In this document: positions 1-7,383 of the stretch, in pieces
Position numbering within the stretch: position 1 is the stretch's first letter
Layout: every line of letters begins with the position of its first letter
Assembly: GCA_965219095.1 (NCBI GenBank)
Contig: CBDCMT010000001.1
Coordinates: 1,824,001-1,888,000 of the forward strand
Length of the DNA stretch: 64,000 bases
Reading direction: 5' to 3'
Source of the DNA: Bdellovibrionales bacterium
GTDB lineage: Bacteria; Bdellovibrionota; Bdellovibrionia; Bdellovibrionales; UBA1609
Translations under genes and position numbers: made by a program
The notes under the pieces: generated by a model
What the model was told of the DNA's origin: nothing
The model's input: only the letters and a program-made list of their open reading frames with translations
The model's database searches: none

Positions 1-565
1 TTTCATTTAGAATTTCTAATGCCTCAGAAAGTGATTGGTTCTCTACATACACTTCAACTTTATTTTTTATTTTCTTCTCTATGATCTCCGATTCATTTAT
101 ATCTTGACTATGGAGAACTTTTTCCAAAATGTTTATATTATTCAGCCATAATTTAGAGTGCTTATACTCTATTTCAGGATATTGTCTAATGAGATTGTTT
201 ATATCTTCATTTCCCAGTACTTCCACATTATTCTTCACGTAATTCTTTAAAAGACTAAACAGTTCTTTTTTTTGAGTAGTGCTGAGCGGACATGAAGTAA
301 CTAAAATATAGTTATCAGGTGCAATGTTTTTAACTTTATTTGATTCTATTCTCGTAATATGAGACACTAAATCAGAATAATTTTTATATCGCTTACATTG
401 GACTATAGTCTCTTTCTTGTCTGTGAAAAATCTACCGTCTATACCCTGATCCTTTCCTTGTTTAAAGGTTTCTATCAAAGATATGTTTTTATATTTTTGC
501 AATAAATCAATAGCTAGAGTTTCAAAGTCTAAAGGAGATAAGTTATCAAAAGTGTAAAAGGTCAT
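1..565 (-). CDS. Mrr-like restriction endonuclease N-terminal domain protein, probably fused to an nSTAND-type NTPase; runs off the window edge
   Basis: Manual translation from ATG at 565: MTFYTFDNLSPLDFETLAIDLLQ...FKQGKDQGIDGRF...IVQCKRY...YILVTS...HSKLWL. It has the PD-(D/E)xK Mrr-type motifs FE, D-x-G-I-D and QCK. The frame stays open to position 2. Not in the ORF track because it is truncated. Confidence 0.75.
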   Translation of the reverse strand, partial: MTFYTFDNLSPLDFETLAIDLLQKYKNISLIETFKQGKDQGIDGRFFTDKKETIVQCKRYKNYSDLVSHITRIESNKVKNIAPDNYILVTSCPLSTTQKKELFSLLKNYVKNNVEVLGNEDINNLIRQYPEIEYKHSKLWLNNINILEKVLHSQDINESEIIEKKIKNKVEVYVENQSLSEALEILNE

Positions 566-1107
566 ATAGTTGGTTTATTATTACAGTAAAGGGTTTTAAT
601 ACACCGTAAACCGAATAAAATCAAATTGTAATAGATTTTATATGATCTGATAGTTACCCTTCCTGAGTTAATAAAAAACTGTCTGTCAGTTTGCGTTCTG
701 TTCAATCATCTTTCTGCCTTATACTTTTTTGTTTGTGGCGTGATTTTTGGCGTTATAGAGCAGTTTAGAGCGGTACGTTGCGGTCTGTCAAGGTCTCAGG
801 TAGTCAGGGTATATTGTTGTTATTATTAAATTTTTCACTGATTCCAAAAACTTAGAAAATGGGCTCGTCTACCCACCTTTAGCTTTATTACAGGAAACCC
901 TAACGCAAAACAGCACATAATCTATGCTCTCGTGGGAACCGCCATAGGCTTTGGTGCTTCGTCTATCGTTGATTTTATTAGGTTTACGGTATATTAATTT
1001 CATAATTCGGACTTCAGGCTAGTATGACTTCAATCACATTTAGTCATGTTGGTAAAAATTAAAAAAGTATCTTTTAAAATAAAAAGGGAAAGTATAAAGT
1101 ATTATTA

Positions 1108-2019
1108 ATGGCTAAAAATTCCATGAAAAAAAACTCCCCTACTCTTGATTTTGCAGTGGATCCGTTGAGCGAAACAATAGCTTATGAAACTTTGCTTAGT
1201 CTAAGAGATGTGACAGAAAAAACACTTGAAAAAGAATTTCCCTCTGATAGTTTTCTGGAACAAGAAACTCTTTTACAAATCCTAGAATTAAAAAAAGAAT
1301 CAAGGAGAGAAGAAATCGAAAAGAATTATTCTGAGGTTAAAAAATTTGTAAGTGCAAAATGGAATGATTTTTCTGTTTGTATAAAAGATAACTTTCATTT
1401 TCCAAATGATTTAAAAAATCATGATCCTTTAAAGCTTTTCTATTACAAAGGCAATATAAGTCTTCTTGAAAGTCGTTGTATGTCAATTATTGGTACAAGA
1501 GAGGCAACGTCAGATGGACTCAAAAGAGCGGAAAAGCTAACTAAGATTCTTGTCAATAAAAATTTTACAGTTGTTTCTGGACTTGCTAAAGGGATTGATA
1601 CAAAAGCTCTTCAAACTGCTATTAACATTAACGGAAGGGTAATCGCTGTGATTGGGACACCTATTGACAAGTTTTATCCAAAGGAAAACAAGGAACTGCA
1701 AGAACTTATTGCCAAGAATCATCTTTTAATCAGCAAGGTTCCTCTTTTTAGATACAAAAAAGAAAATTTTTCTTCACATAAATTTCATTTTCCTAGAAGA
1801 AATATCATTATGTCAGCTATTTCAGAAGCCTCTATCATTGTAGAAGCTTCTGAAACGAGTGGAACACACTCTCAAGCAAGAGCAGCTCTCAAACAAGGGA
1901 AAAAGTTATTTATACTTGATTCTTGTTTCAAAAAATATAAATGGCCATTTATTCTCGAGAAAAAAGGGGCCATTAGAGTTAGACAAGAAGAAGATATATT
2001 GAGGCACATAAAGGAATAA
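1108..2019 (+). CDS. DprA/Smf (SLOG) family protein, ShosA-like
   Basis: Motifs IIGTR, VSGLAKGIDT, VIGTPIDKFYP, FPRRN and VEASETSGT. No C-terminal winged helix. Coupled to a PRTase gene. Confidence 0.9.
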   Translation: MAKNSMKKNSPTLDFAVDPLSETIAYETLLSLRDVTEKTLEKEFPSDSFLEQETLLQILELKKESRREEIEKNYSEVKKFVSAKWNDFSVCIKDNFHFPNDLKNHDPLKLFYYKGNISLLESRCMSIIGTREATSDGLKRAEKLTKILVNKNFTVVSGLAKGIDTKALQTAININGRVIAVIGTPIDKFYPKENKELQELIAKNHLLISKVPLFRYKKENFSSHKFHFPRRNIIMSAISEASIIVEASETSGTHSQARAALKQGKKLFILDSCFKKYKWPFILEKKGAIRVRQEEDILRHIKE

Positions 2020-2024
2020 ACCTA

Positions 2025-2708
2025 GTGTCAAACTACAAGTGGCAAAAAATAAGAACTGGTTCAAACATAATGGATTATCCTATAAATATAAGCACTTTCA
2101 GACATATTGATCCTGACGATAATTGCTTTCATTTAATGGAGTGGATAAAGGGAGGAAGTTACACGGATTCAGAGGCTAATAGTCGCATACTTAATTTTAA
2201 AAACCCACCGAAAGCACAAGGCTCAAATCCTCGTTATTATAAGGATAAGGCTATTAAACAATTTGCTAAGGACTTATACTGTCCTATAGAAAGTGTTATT
2301 AAAAAGTATAAAGAAGAATCTATTTGTGTATCTTTTATACCATCTTCAGTATCAAGTAGTGATAGAAAATATGATGATAGATTTGAAAAAATTTGCGGTC
2401 TGCTTTGCAAAAAATTTTCAAAAATCCATTACGAACAAGCTATTCGGGTAACAGAATCTCGAAACAAGTCAGCTCAAGGTGGAGAGTATAGAAATGATGA
2501 ATATGTAGAAAAAATAAAACAAAGCTTTACATGGGATGGTTTCAGACATACCCCAAGTGCTATTATCATCTTTGATGATGTTATAACAACAGGTTCACAG
2601 TTCAAAGCATATAAAGAGCTTATTAGAGAAAACTTAAACAATGATCCAATAATAATAGGTTTATTTTGGGCCAAAGCCGTTGAAGCTATATCGACCCCTA
2701 ATTTGTGA
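2025..2708 (+). CDS. Phosphoribosyltransferase-fold protein, ShosT-like toxin candidate
   Basis: PRPP-binding loop IIIFDDVITTGSQF; FIPSS motif; starts 5 nt after the DprA-like gene. Confidence 0.8.
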   Translation: MSNYKWQKIRTGSNIMDYPINISTFRHIDPDDNCFHLMEWIKGGSYTDSEANSRILNFKNPPKAQGSNPRYYKDKAIKQFAKDLYCPIESVIKKYKEESICVSFIPSSVSSSDRKYDDRFEKICGLLCKKFSKIHYEQAIRVTESRNKSAQGGEYRNDEYVEKIKQSFTWDGFRHTPSAIIIFDDVITTGSQFKAYKELIRENLNNDPIIIGLFWAKAVEAISTPNL

Positions 2709-2915
2709 TAGTTGCGACTTGACAATTTAGACAGTTGGTTAACAACTCTCCAAGAACCCCAACACCTAAGATCAATAATTACACTTCCTTATAATTTTTA
2801 CAAAAAATCAAACTATAAAAGAATTAAAAGTTTAAATCTTAAATTGACAAAAGAATTGCTATTGTTGATTTTTATTCTTCTTTTATCTTCATACTGATTT
2901 TAAAAGTAAATAAAA

Positions 2916-4604
2916 TCAGTGAATTATAGTTTTCACATTACCCCGACCAACACAAACACTGTGCGGATTTTTGACCGCTTGAACCCAATTTCCCATTTCA
3001 GACTTTTTGGCTCCAAAATACTCCACACCTAGACCATGTTTATAGACTACAACCTTCTTGATGATCTCTGAGAGAAGTTCTTTTTGCTGTCTGGGGGTGA
3101 TTTTGGGTAGAGCCTTGTTTACAACCTTGAGTGCTGAAAAGATATTCTCTGCTGAAATGATGTTTTCTTTGAATTGAGACTTTTCCCTTTTGAGTTTGTC
3201 GATCTCTTCTTCTACCTGAGATTTCTTTTCACTAAGGTTGCCTAATTCTTCAATTAAAATGTCCTGAGCTTTCTGGTTCTTGCTTCTAGCAATGGCCTGA
3301 GTGAGGCTCTCTATATCTTTCCTTATGCCCTTTAAGGCTTCTAGGCGAGAGTACATAAGACTTTCCTGTTGTTTGAGACTCTCCTGGTTTTGGTGAGTGT
3401 TGTTTTGAGCAAGCTTTACTAAAAGGGCCTTATTTTTTGATAACTCTTTGAGTCGAAATAAAACACCTTCCTCTATAGTGTGGGCAGGAACATGCTCTAA
3501 GTCACATTTTTTTAAATGCCGATCTCCATAAGTCATCATCTTTCTTCTGTGGCCATAATAAAAGTACTTTTTTCCGTCTCTATTTGAGCTTCCTTTCCCT
3601 ACAAGCTTATCTCCACAAACTCCACAATACGTTAAACCTGAAAGAATATAACAATGATTGCTAGCTCTTAATTCTTTTTTATTTTTTTCTAAACGATCTT
3701 GAACCTCATTAAAAAGATTTTTATCAATAATAGCAGGCCACTGGCTGTCATAAACTTTGTATCTTTCAGGAACAGAAAGCTCTGACTGATCTTTATTTCT
3801 ATTTTTCTTGTTGAGTTCTCTTTTTCCTAAATAGGAAAAGTTGGTGAGAACAGTGTATAAAGACGAAGCAGTCCATCTTGTTCCGCCTCTTTTTTGTCCC
3901 TTTTTATTTACAAAAGACTTGGTGGTGTAACCATTTTGATTTAAAAAGTTTAAAACTTTAAATGTTGAGCCTAGCTCTAGAAGCTTTTTAAAAATCATTT
4001 GAACTATAGGTTTTTCTTCTTCATTAACTTTCAAATGGCATTTTTTTTCAGGGTGAAGATCATAGCCTAACATTCTTTGTCCACCATTAGAAAGACCTCT
4101 CTCTGCCCTTGCGTGAACTCCATGCTTTATACGCTCTACAGTGGTTTGCCTTTCAAATTGAGCAAAGCTAATGGCTTGGATAACCATAAGCTCTCCCATA
4201 GCAGTTGAGGTGTCAAAGTTTTCCTTTAGACTAAAAAACTTCACTTTATGTTCTTTGAGAAAATCCCAAAACTGGCAGAAATCTTTAACACTTCTACTAA
4301 GCCTTGAAAGCTCTGTTACAATAACAGCATTAACCTTTCCTAAAACAATGTCTCTACACATTTTTTGAAAAGCTGGACGGTTTAAGTTCTTCCCTGAATA
4401 ATCCTTGTCTGTGTAAGTTTCAATAACTTTTCCCCAATTTTTTTCAGTGTTGTTTTTCATATTGATAAAGTTTTTAATTCTTTGTGGGTGAGATACAAGA
4501 GAGCCTTCTTCTCTAATTTCATCACTTGGAGAAAGCCTCACATAAGAAGCTATGTTGTATTTATAATCCAATTGTTTTTTTGAAGTCTTCTTTTTTGAGG
4601 ACAT
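2916..4604 (-). CDS. Large serine recombinase LSR1 (resolvase + recombinase + Zn-ribbon + coiled coil); start uncertain (ATG 4604 or TTG 4571)
   Basis: Motifs YVRLS (catalytic Ser), D..YSGKNLNRPAFQ, LSRLSRS, AQFER, LSGLTYCGVCG, and a coiled-coil C-terminal region. Confidence 0.95.
   Translation of the reverse strand: MSSKKKTSKKQLDYKYNIASYVRLSPSDEIREEGSLVSHPQRIKNFINMKNNTEKNWGKVIETYTDKDYSGKNLNRPAFQKMCRDIVLGKVNAVIVTELSRLSRSVKDFCQFWDFLKEHKVKFFSLKENFDTSTAMGELMVIQAISFAQFERQTTVERIKHGVHARAERGLSNGGQRMLGYDLHPEKKCHLKVNEEEKPIVQMIFKKLLELGSTFKVLNFLNQNGYTTKSFVNKKGQKRGGTRWTASSLYTVLTNFSYLGKRELNKKNRNKDQSELSVPERYKVYDSQWPAIIDKNLFNEVQDRLEKNKKELRASNHCYILSGLTYCGVCGDKLVGKGSSNRDGKKYFYYGHRRKMMTYGDRHLKKCDLEHVPAHTIEEGVLFRLKELSKNKALLVKLAQNNTHQNQESLKQQESLMYSRLEALKGIRKDIESLTQAIARSKNQKAQDILIEELGNLSEKKSQVEEEIDKLKREKSQFKENIISAENIFSALKVVNKALPKITPRQQKELLSEIIKKVVVYKHGLGVEYFGAKKSEMGNWVQAVKNPHSVCVGRGNVKTIIH
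2941..2986. other. attL-like end of the LSR element (core CG at 2944-2945, arm motif 2967-2986)
   Basis: Identity with 15654-15696 begins exactly at CGACCAACAC; the sequence to the left is unrelated. Confidence 0.7.
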
Positions 4605-4776
4605 GGCCTTTGAGGGGTTTTCCCCTTTTGCTATTTTCCTCCATGAACCGCTGTAACATGTTTGCGATTTTTTCGATTCTTTCATCTTCTTCCTCCTGAC
4701 TTAATTCTACGGGAATCCATTTTATATTGTTTAGCATAGAGTCTCTTATGGAGCGAGATTTTTTTCTCTGCTTCAT
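4561..4776 (-). CDS. 71-aa protein overlapping the LSR1 5' end (recombination accessory factor candidate)
   Basis: AAAGGAG RBS; homologous to 13826-14041 (ML..I.WI.VE...EEE.ERI..IA.ML.RFMEEN). Confidence 0.7.
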   Translation of the reverse strand: MKQRKKSRSIRDSMLNNIKWIPVELSQEEEDERIEKIANMLQRFMEENSKRGKPLKGHVLKKEDFKKTIGL

Positions 4777-4854
4777 ACAACAACTCCTTTCAAGGATAAC
4801 AAGCTTTTTTATTGTTTTCTAGGTTTGACGTGGTGAGTATAGAGGTAGGGTTTT

Positions 4855-5136
4855 TTAGTTAAAAAGGGCCTTTATATCGGAAAGCCTAGGGCTTTTATTA
4901 GCACTCTCTAGCTCTTTGATGAGAGATTTGGCATAGGTCACAGGATTTTGAGTTTCTTTTTTAATTTTGTTGATATTTTTTTTAAAGTGCTGCTTTTCAT
5001 AGCTTTCAATAATAAAAGAAGTGAGGGCTTGTTTTTTGACTTTACTGGCAGTCTCTTTATTGAGAGCTTCTAGCATTTTTATAAGAGATTTGTTAGCTTG
5101 ATTTGAAATAGCAATTTTAGAAAATTTTTCTTTCAT
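4855..5136 (-). CDS. 93-aa basic protein of the LSR module (possible DNA-binding protein)
   Basis: AGGAG RBS; paralogue at 9868-10152 and a degraded copy at about 13470-13750. Confidence 0.7.
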   Translation of the reverse strand: MKEKFSKIAISNQANKSLIKMLEALNKETASKVKKQALTSFIIESYEKQHFKKNINKIKKETQNPVTYAKSLIKELESANKSPRLSDIKALFN

Positions 5137-5172
5137 AAATTTTTTCTCCTTTTATTTAAAAGGAAAAATGGC

Positions 5173-5637
5173 CTAGGCCACTTTTCCTTTGTATTTTTCT
5201 ACAAATTCTAGAATATCGTGCTTCCAGTAGTAGTTTACTTCATCGAAGGTTATGAGTTCTTCATCTGAAACTAAGCCGTCTATGTATTCATCTTTAGCTA
5301 ATCTCCAAGAGATTTCATCAAGCTGTTTAATGGCAACTGCTGTATCCACCGTGAGCCAGACGATTTTTGTATCTTCTGAGTAGCACTTATCAATCATAGT
5401 CTCAAATGCTTCCTCTGTATTGACTGGATCAAGAGCTTCTTTTAAAAGTTGTTCATAGACCCATTCGGTTCCGTACTCAACTCCAAAGCCTTCAAGCTCA
5501 CGCATGAGATCATCTGTTCCACAAGCTTCGCAAACTCCTGTTGGTGCTTTCATGTAACAGCCATAGCAAAAGGGCCTTGTTTCGAAAAATGCGATTTGTT
5601 CTAGTTTTTCTGTGATTTGTTTTTTTGTTAGCTCCAT
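5173..5637 (-). CDS. 154-aa acidic protein with N-terminal CxxC...CxxC zinc finger
   Basis: FCYGC...VCEAC; Asp/Glu-rich; AGGAGG RBS; paralogue at 6653-7117. Confidence 0.8.
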   Translation of the reverse strand: MELTKKQITEKLEQIAFFETRPFCYGCYMKAPTGVCEACGTDDLMRELEGFGVEYGTEWVYEQLLKEALDPVNTEEAFETMIDKCYSEDTKIVWLTVDTAVAIKQLDEISWRLAKDEYIDGLVSDEELITFDEVNYYWKHDILEFVEKYKGKVA

Positions 5638-5871
5638 ATTTGTCCTCCTTTGTTTATATGGTTTTTATTGTCAGGAGCTTGCAAAGGCCGAAGTGAGTGC
5701 TTTTCAAGAAAAAAATTGGGGGAAACCTTTAGGAGGAACCGATTTTTTTCTTTAAAAGCAGAACGAGCGCAGGCCTAAGCTCATGACAAAAATAAAAACC
5801 ATCATAAAAAACAAAGGAGATTAGGAGCTAACAATAAATCATAGAAAAACTATAAATTGCTTTTGAAACAG
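5578..5871 (+). promoter_or_regulatory. ~295-nt imperfect hairpin, candidate ssDNA (Frpo-like) promoter, copy 1
   Basis: Nested inverted arms: tagtttttctgtgattt/aaatcatagaaaaacta, ttgttagctcc/ggagctaacaa, ctcctttgttt/aaacaaaggag, atggtttttatt/aataaaaaccat, tgtcaggagctt/aagctcatgaca, aaaaaaattgg/ccgattttttt. Confidence 0.65.
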
Positions 5872-6013
5872 TTCTTTATTGTCTTAGATAAAATCTTGCT
5901 TTGAGATATCTATGACTTTAGTTGTGTCTTAACAAAGACCATTATCTAATTTTATGGAGTATTTATATAGAATGACTTTATATTTGCCCTTGTCAATCCG
6001 TTATAGTTTATAG

Positions 6014-6571
6014 ATGATCCTTTTAAAGAACAGAATAATTCAGAATCCTTTTTATTTATTACTTAGTTTTTTACTCATTCTCTCTCTTTTTTCTTGTGAT
6101 GAAAAATCAAATTCAACTGATTCAAATTCTTGTGAACCATGTAATTCTTGTGAACCATGTAATTCTTGTGAGTCATGTCCTCCTTGTCCTGTTCACAAGA
6201 AATTAAAAGATGGAACTTTTTTCGTCGGTTTAACCACACATGGTATGTTACTTGAAGTATCGAATTCCGGCGCAAACTATAAGATGGCGATACTTGATAA
6301 AGATCAACTGCTTTATATAACAGGATCAGGGAAAATTTCTTATGATGGAAATTATATTCAGTATAACGAAACTCCCTCTAGCTGTGGTACTTTATTCTCC
6401 GAACAAAACATAAAAGGTTATAGAGTTTACTATGTAGGGGAAGATATGTTATATCTAAAAGTATATGAGGATAGCTCTGTTGTGCCTGTATCTTTATATA
6501 AAGAAGATTCAACTTTTGACAGTTTAATAGAATCGATAATAGCTAACGGCTATACTTCTGCCTGTCCTTGA
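6014..6571 (+). CDS. Lipoprotein with Cys-rich linker
   Basis: Hydrophobic signal ending LFSC (lipobox), followed by NSCEPC repeats. Confidence 0.75.
   Translation: MILLKNRIIQNPFYLLLSFLLILSLFSCDEKSNSTDSNSCEPCNSCEPCNSCESCPPCPVHKKLKDGTFFVGLTTHGMLLEVSNSGANYKMAILDKDQLLYITGSGKISYDGNYIQYNETPSSCGTLFSEQNIKGYRVYYVGEDMLYLKVYEDSSVVPVSLYKEDSTFDSLIESIIANGYTSACP
6125..6178. repeat. 18-bp tandem repeat x3 (aattcttgtgaaccatgt)
   Basis: Two perfect copies and one variant copy. Confidence 0.95.
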
Positions 6572-6652
6572 GAAATTAATAAGAATAATATTTTTTAAAT
6601 TAACCCTTGAGAAAAATATCCAGTGTTTTATTTTTCAAAAAGAGAAAGTAGC

Positions 6653-7117
6653 CTAGGCTATTTTCTCTTTATATTTTTCTATAAACTCCATAATATCATG
6701 CGTCCAGTAATAGTTTTCTTCATCAAAAGTGATAAGTTCTTCATCAGAGACTAAGCTATCTATATAACTGTCTATTTCTAAATTCCAAGAAATCTCATCA
6801 AGTTGTTTAATGGCAGTAACAGTGTCTACTGTAATCCAGCCGATTTTAACTTCTTCTGGGTAACATCCATCAACCATAGTTTCAAAGATTTCTTCTTTAT
6901 CGACTGGAACAAGGGCTTCTTTTAAAAGCTGTTCATAGACCCATTCGGTTCCATATTCAACGCCAAAGCCTTCAAGTTCACGCATAAGATCATCTGATCC
7001 ACATTTGTGACAAACTCCTGTTGGTGCTTTTATGTAACAGCCATAGCAAAATGGTGTTGTTTCAATAAAAGCGATTTTTTCTAGTTTTTCTATGATTTGT
7101 TGTTTTGTTAGCTCCGT
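6653..7117 (-). pseudogene. Second copy of the 154-aa acidic zinc-finger gene, start codon ATG>ACG
   Basis: Colinear with 5173-5637; cgt at 7115-7117 replaces cat; the frame is otherwise open. Confidence 0.75.
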
Positions 7118-7354
7118 ATTTGTCCTCCTTTGTTTATATGGTTTTTATTGTCAGGAGCTTAAAAGAGGCCGAAGCGAGTGCTTTTCAAGACAAAAAATTG
7201 GGGGAAACCTTTTAGGGGGAACCGATTTTTTTCTTTAAAAGCAGAACGAGCGTAGGCCTAAGCTCATGACAAAAATAAAAACCATCATAAAAAACAAAGG
7301 AGGTTAGGAGCTAACAATAAATCGTAGGAAAGCTTAGAAATTGCTTTTGAAATA
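7058..7354 (+). promoter_or_regulatory. ~295-nt imperfect hairpin, candidate ssDNA promoter, copy 2
   Basis: Homologous to 5578-5871 with pairing retained, including new G.T pairs on the + strand. Confidence 0.65.
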
Positions 7355-7383
7355 GCTTTTTATTGTCTAGGTGAAAAAAGTAC

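Larger units (their letters stand above)
874..2856. repeat. Segmental duplication, near-identical to 44274-46256
   Basis: Sequence from ccacctttagctttattacagg to aaattgacaaaagaat recurs at 44274-46256. Confidence 0.95.

Noticed and set aside
735..873. GC-richer patch as an oriT or IS end
   Set aside because: No partner end or recognisable nic motif could be established by eye.
1537..1722. Short antisense or alternate-frame ORFs (e.g. 1537-1722, 2474-2725, 4171-4368, 13109-13333, 14186-14422, 15116-15484, 56188-56457)
   Set aside because: They overlap well-supported genes and show no motifs; recurrence reflects duplication of the host gene.
6125..6178. Short tandem repeats (also 18059-18112 and 26500-26945) as a CRISPR array
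   Set aside because: Contiguous, in-frame coding repeats with no unique spacers and no cas genes in the window.
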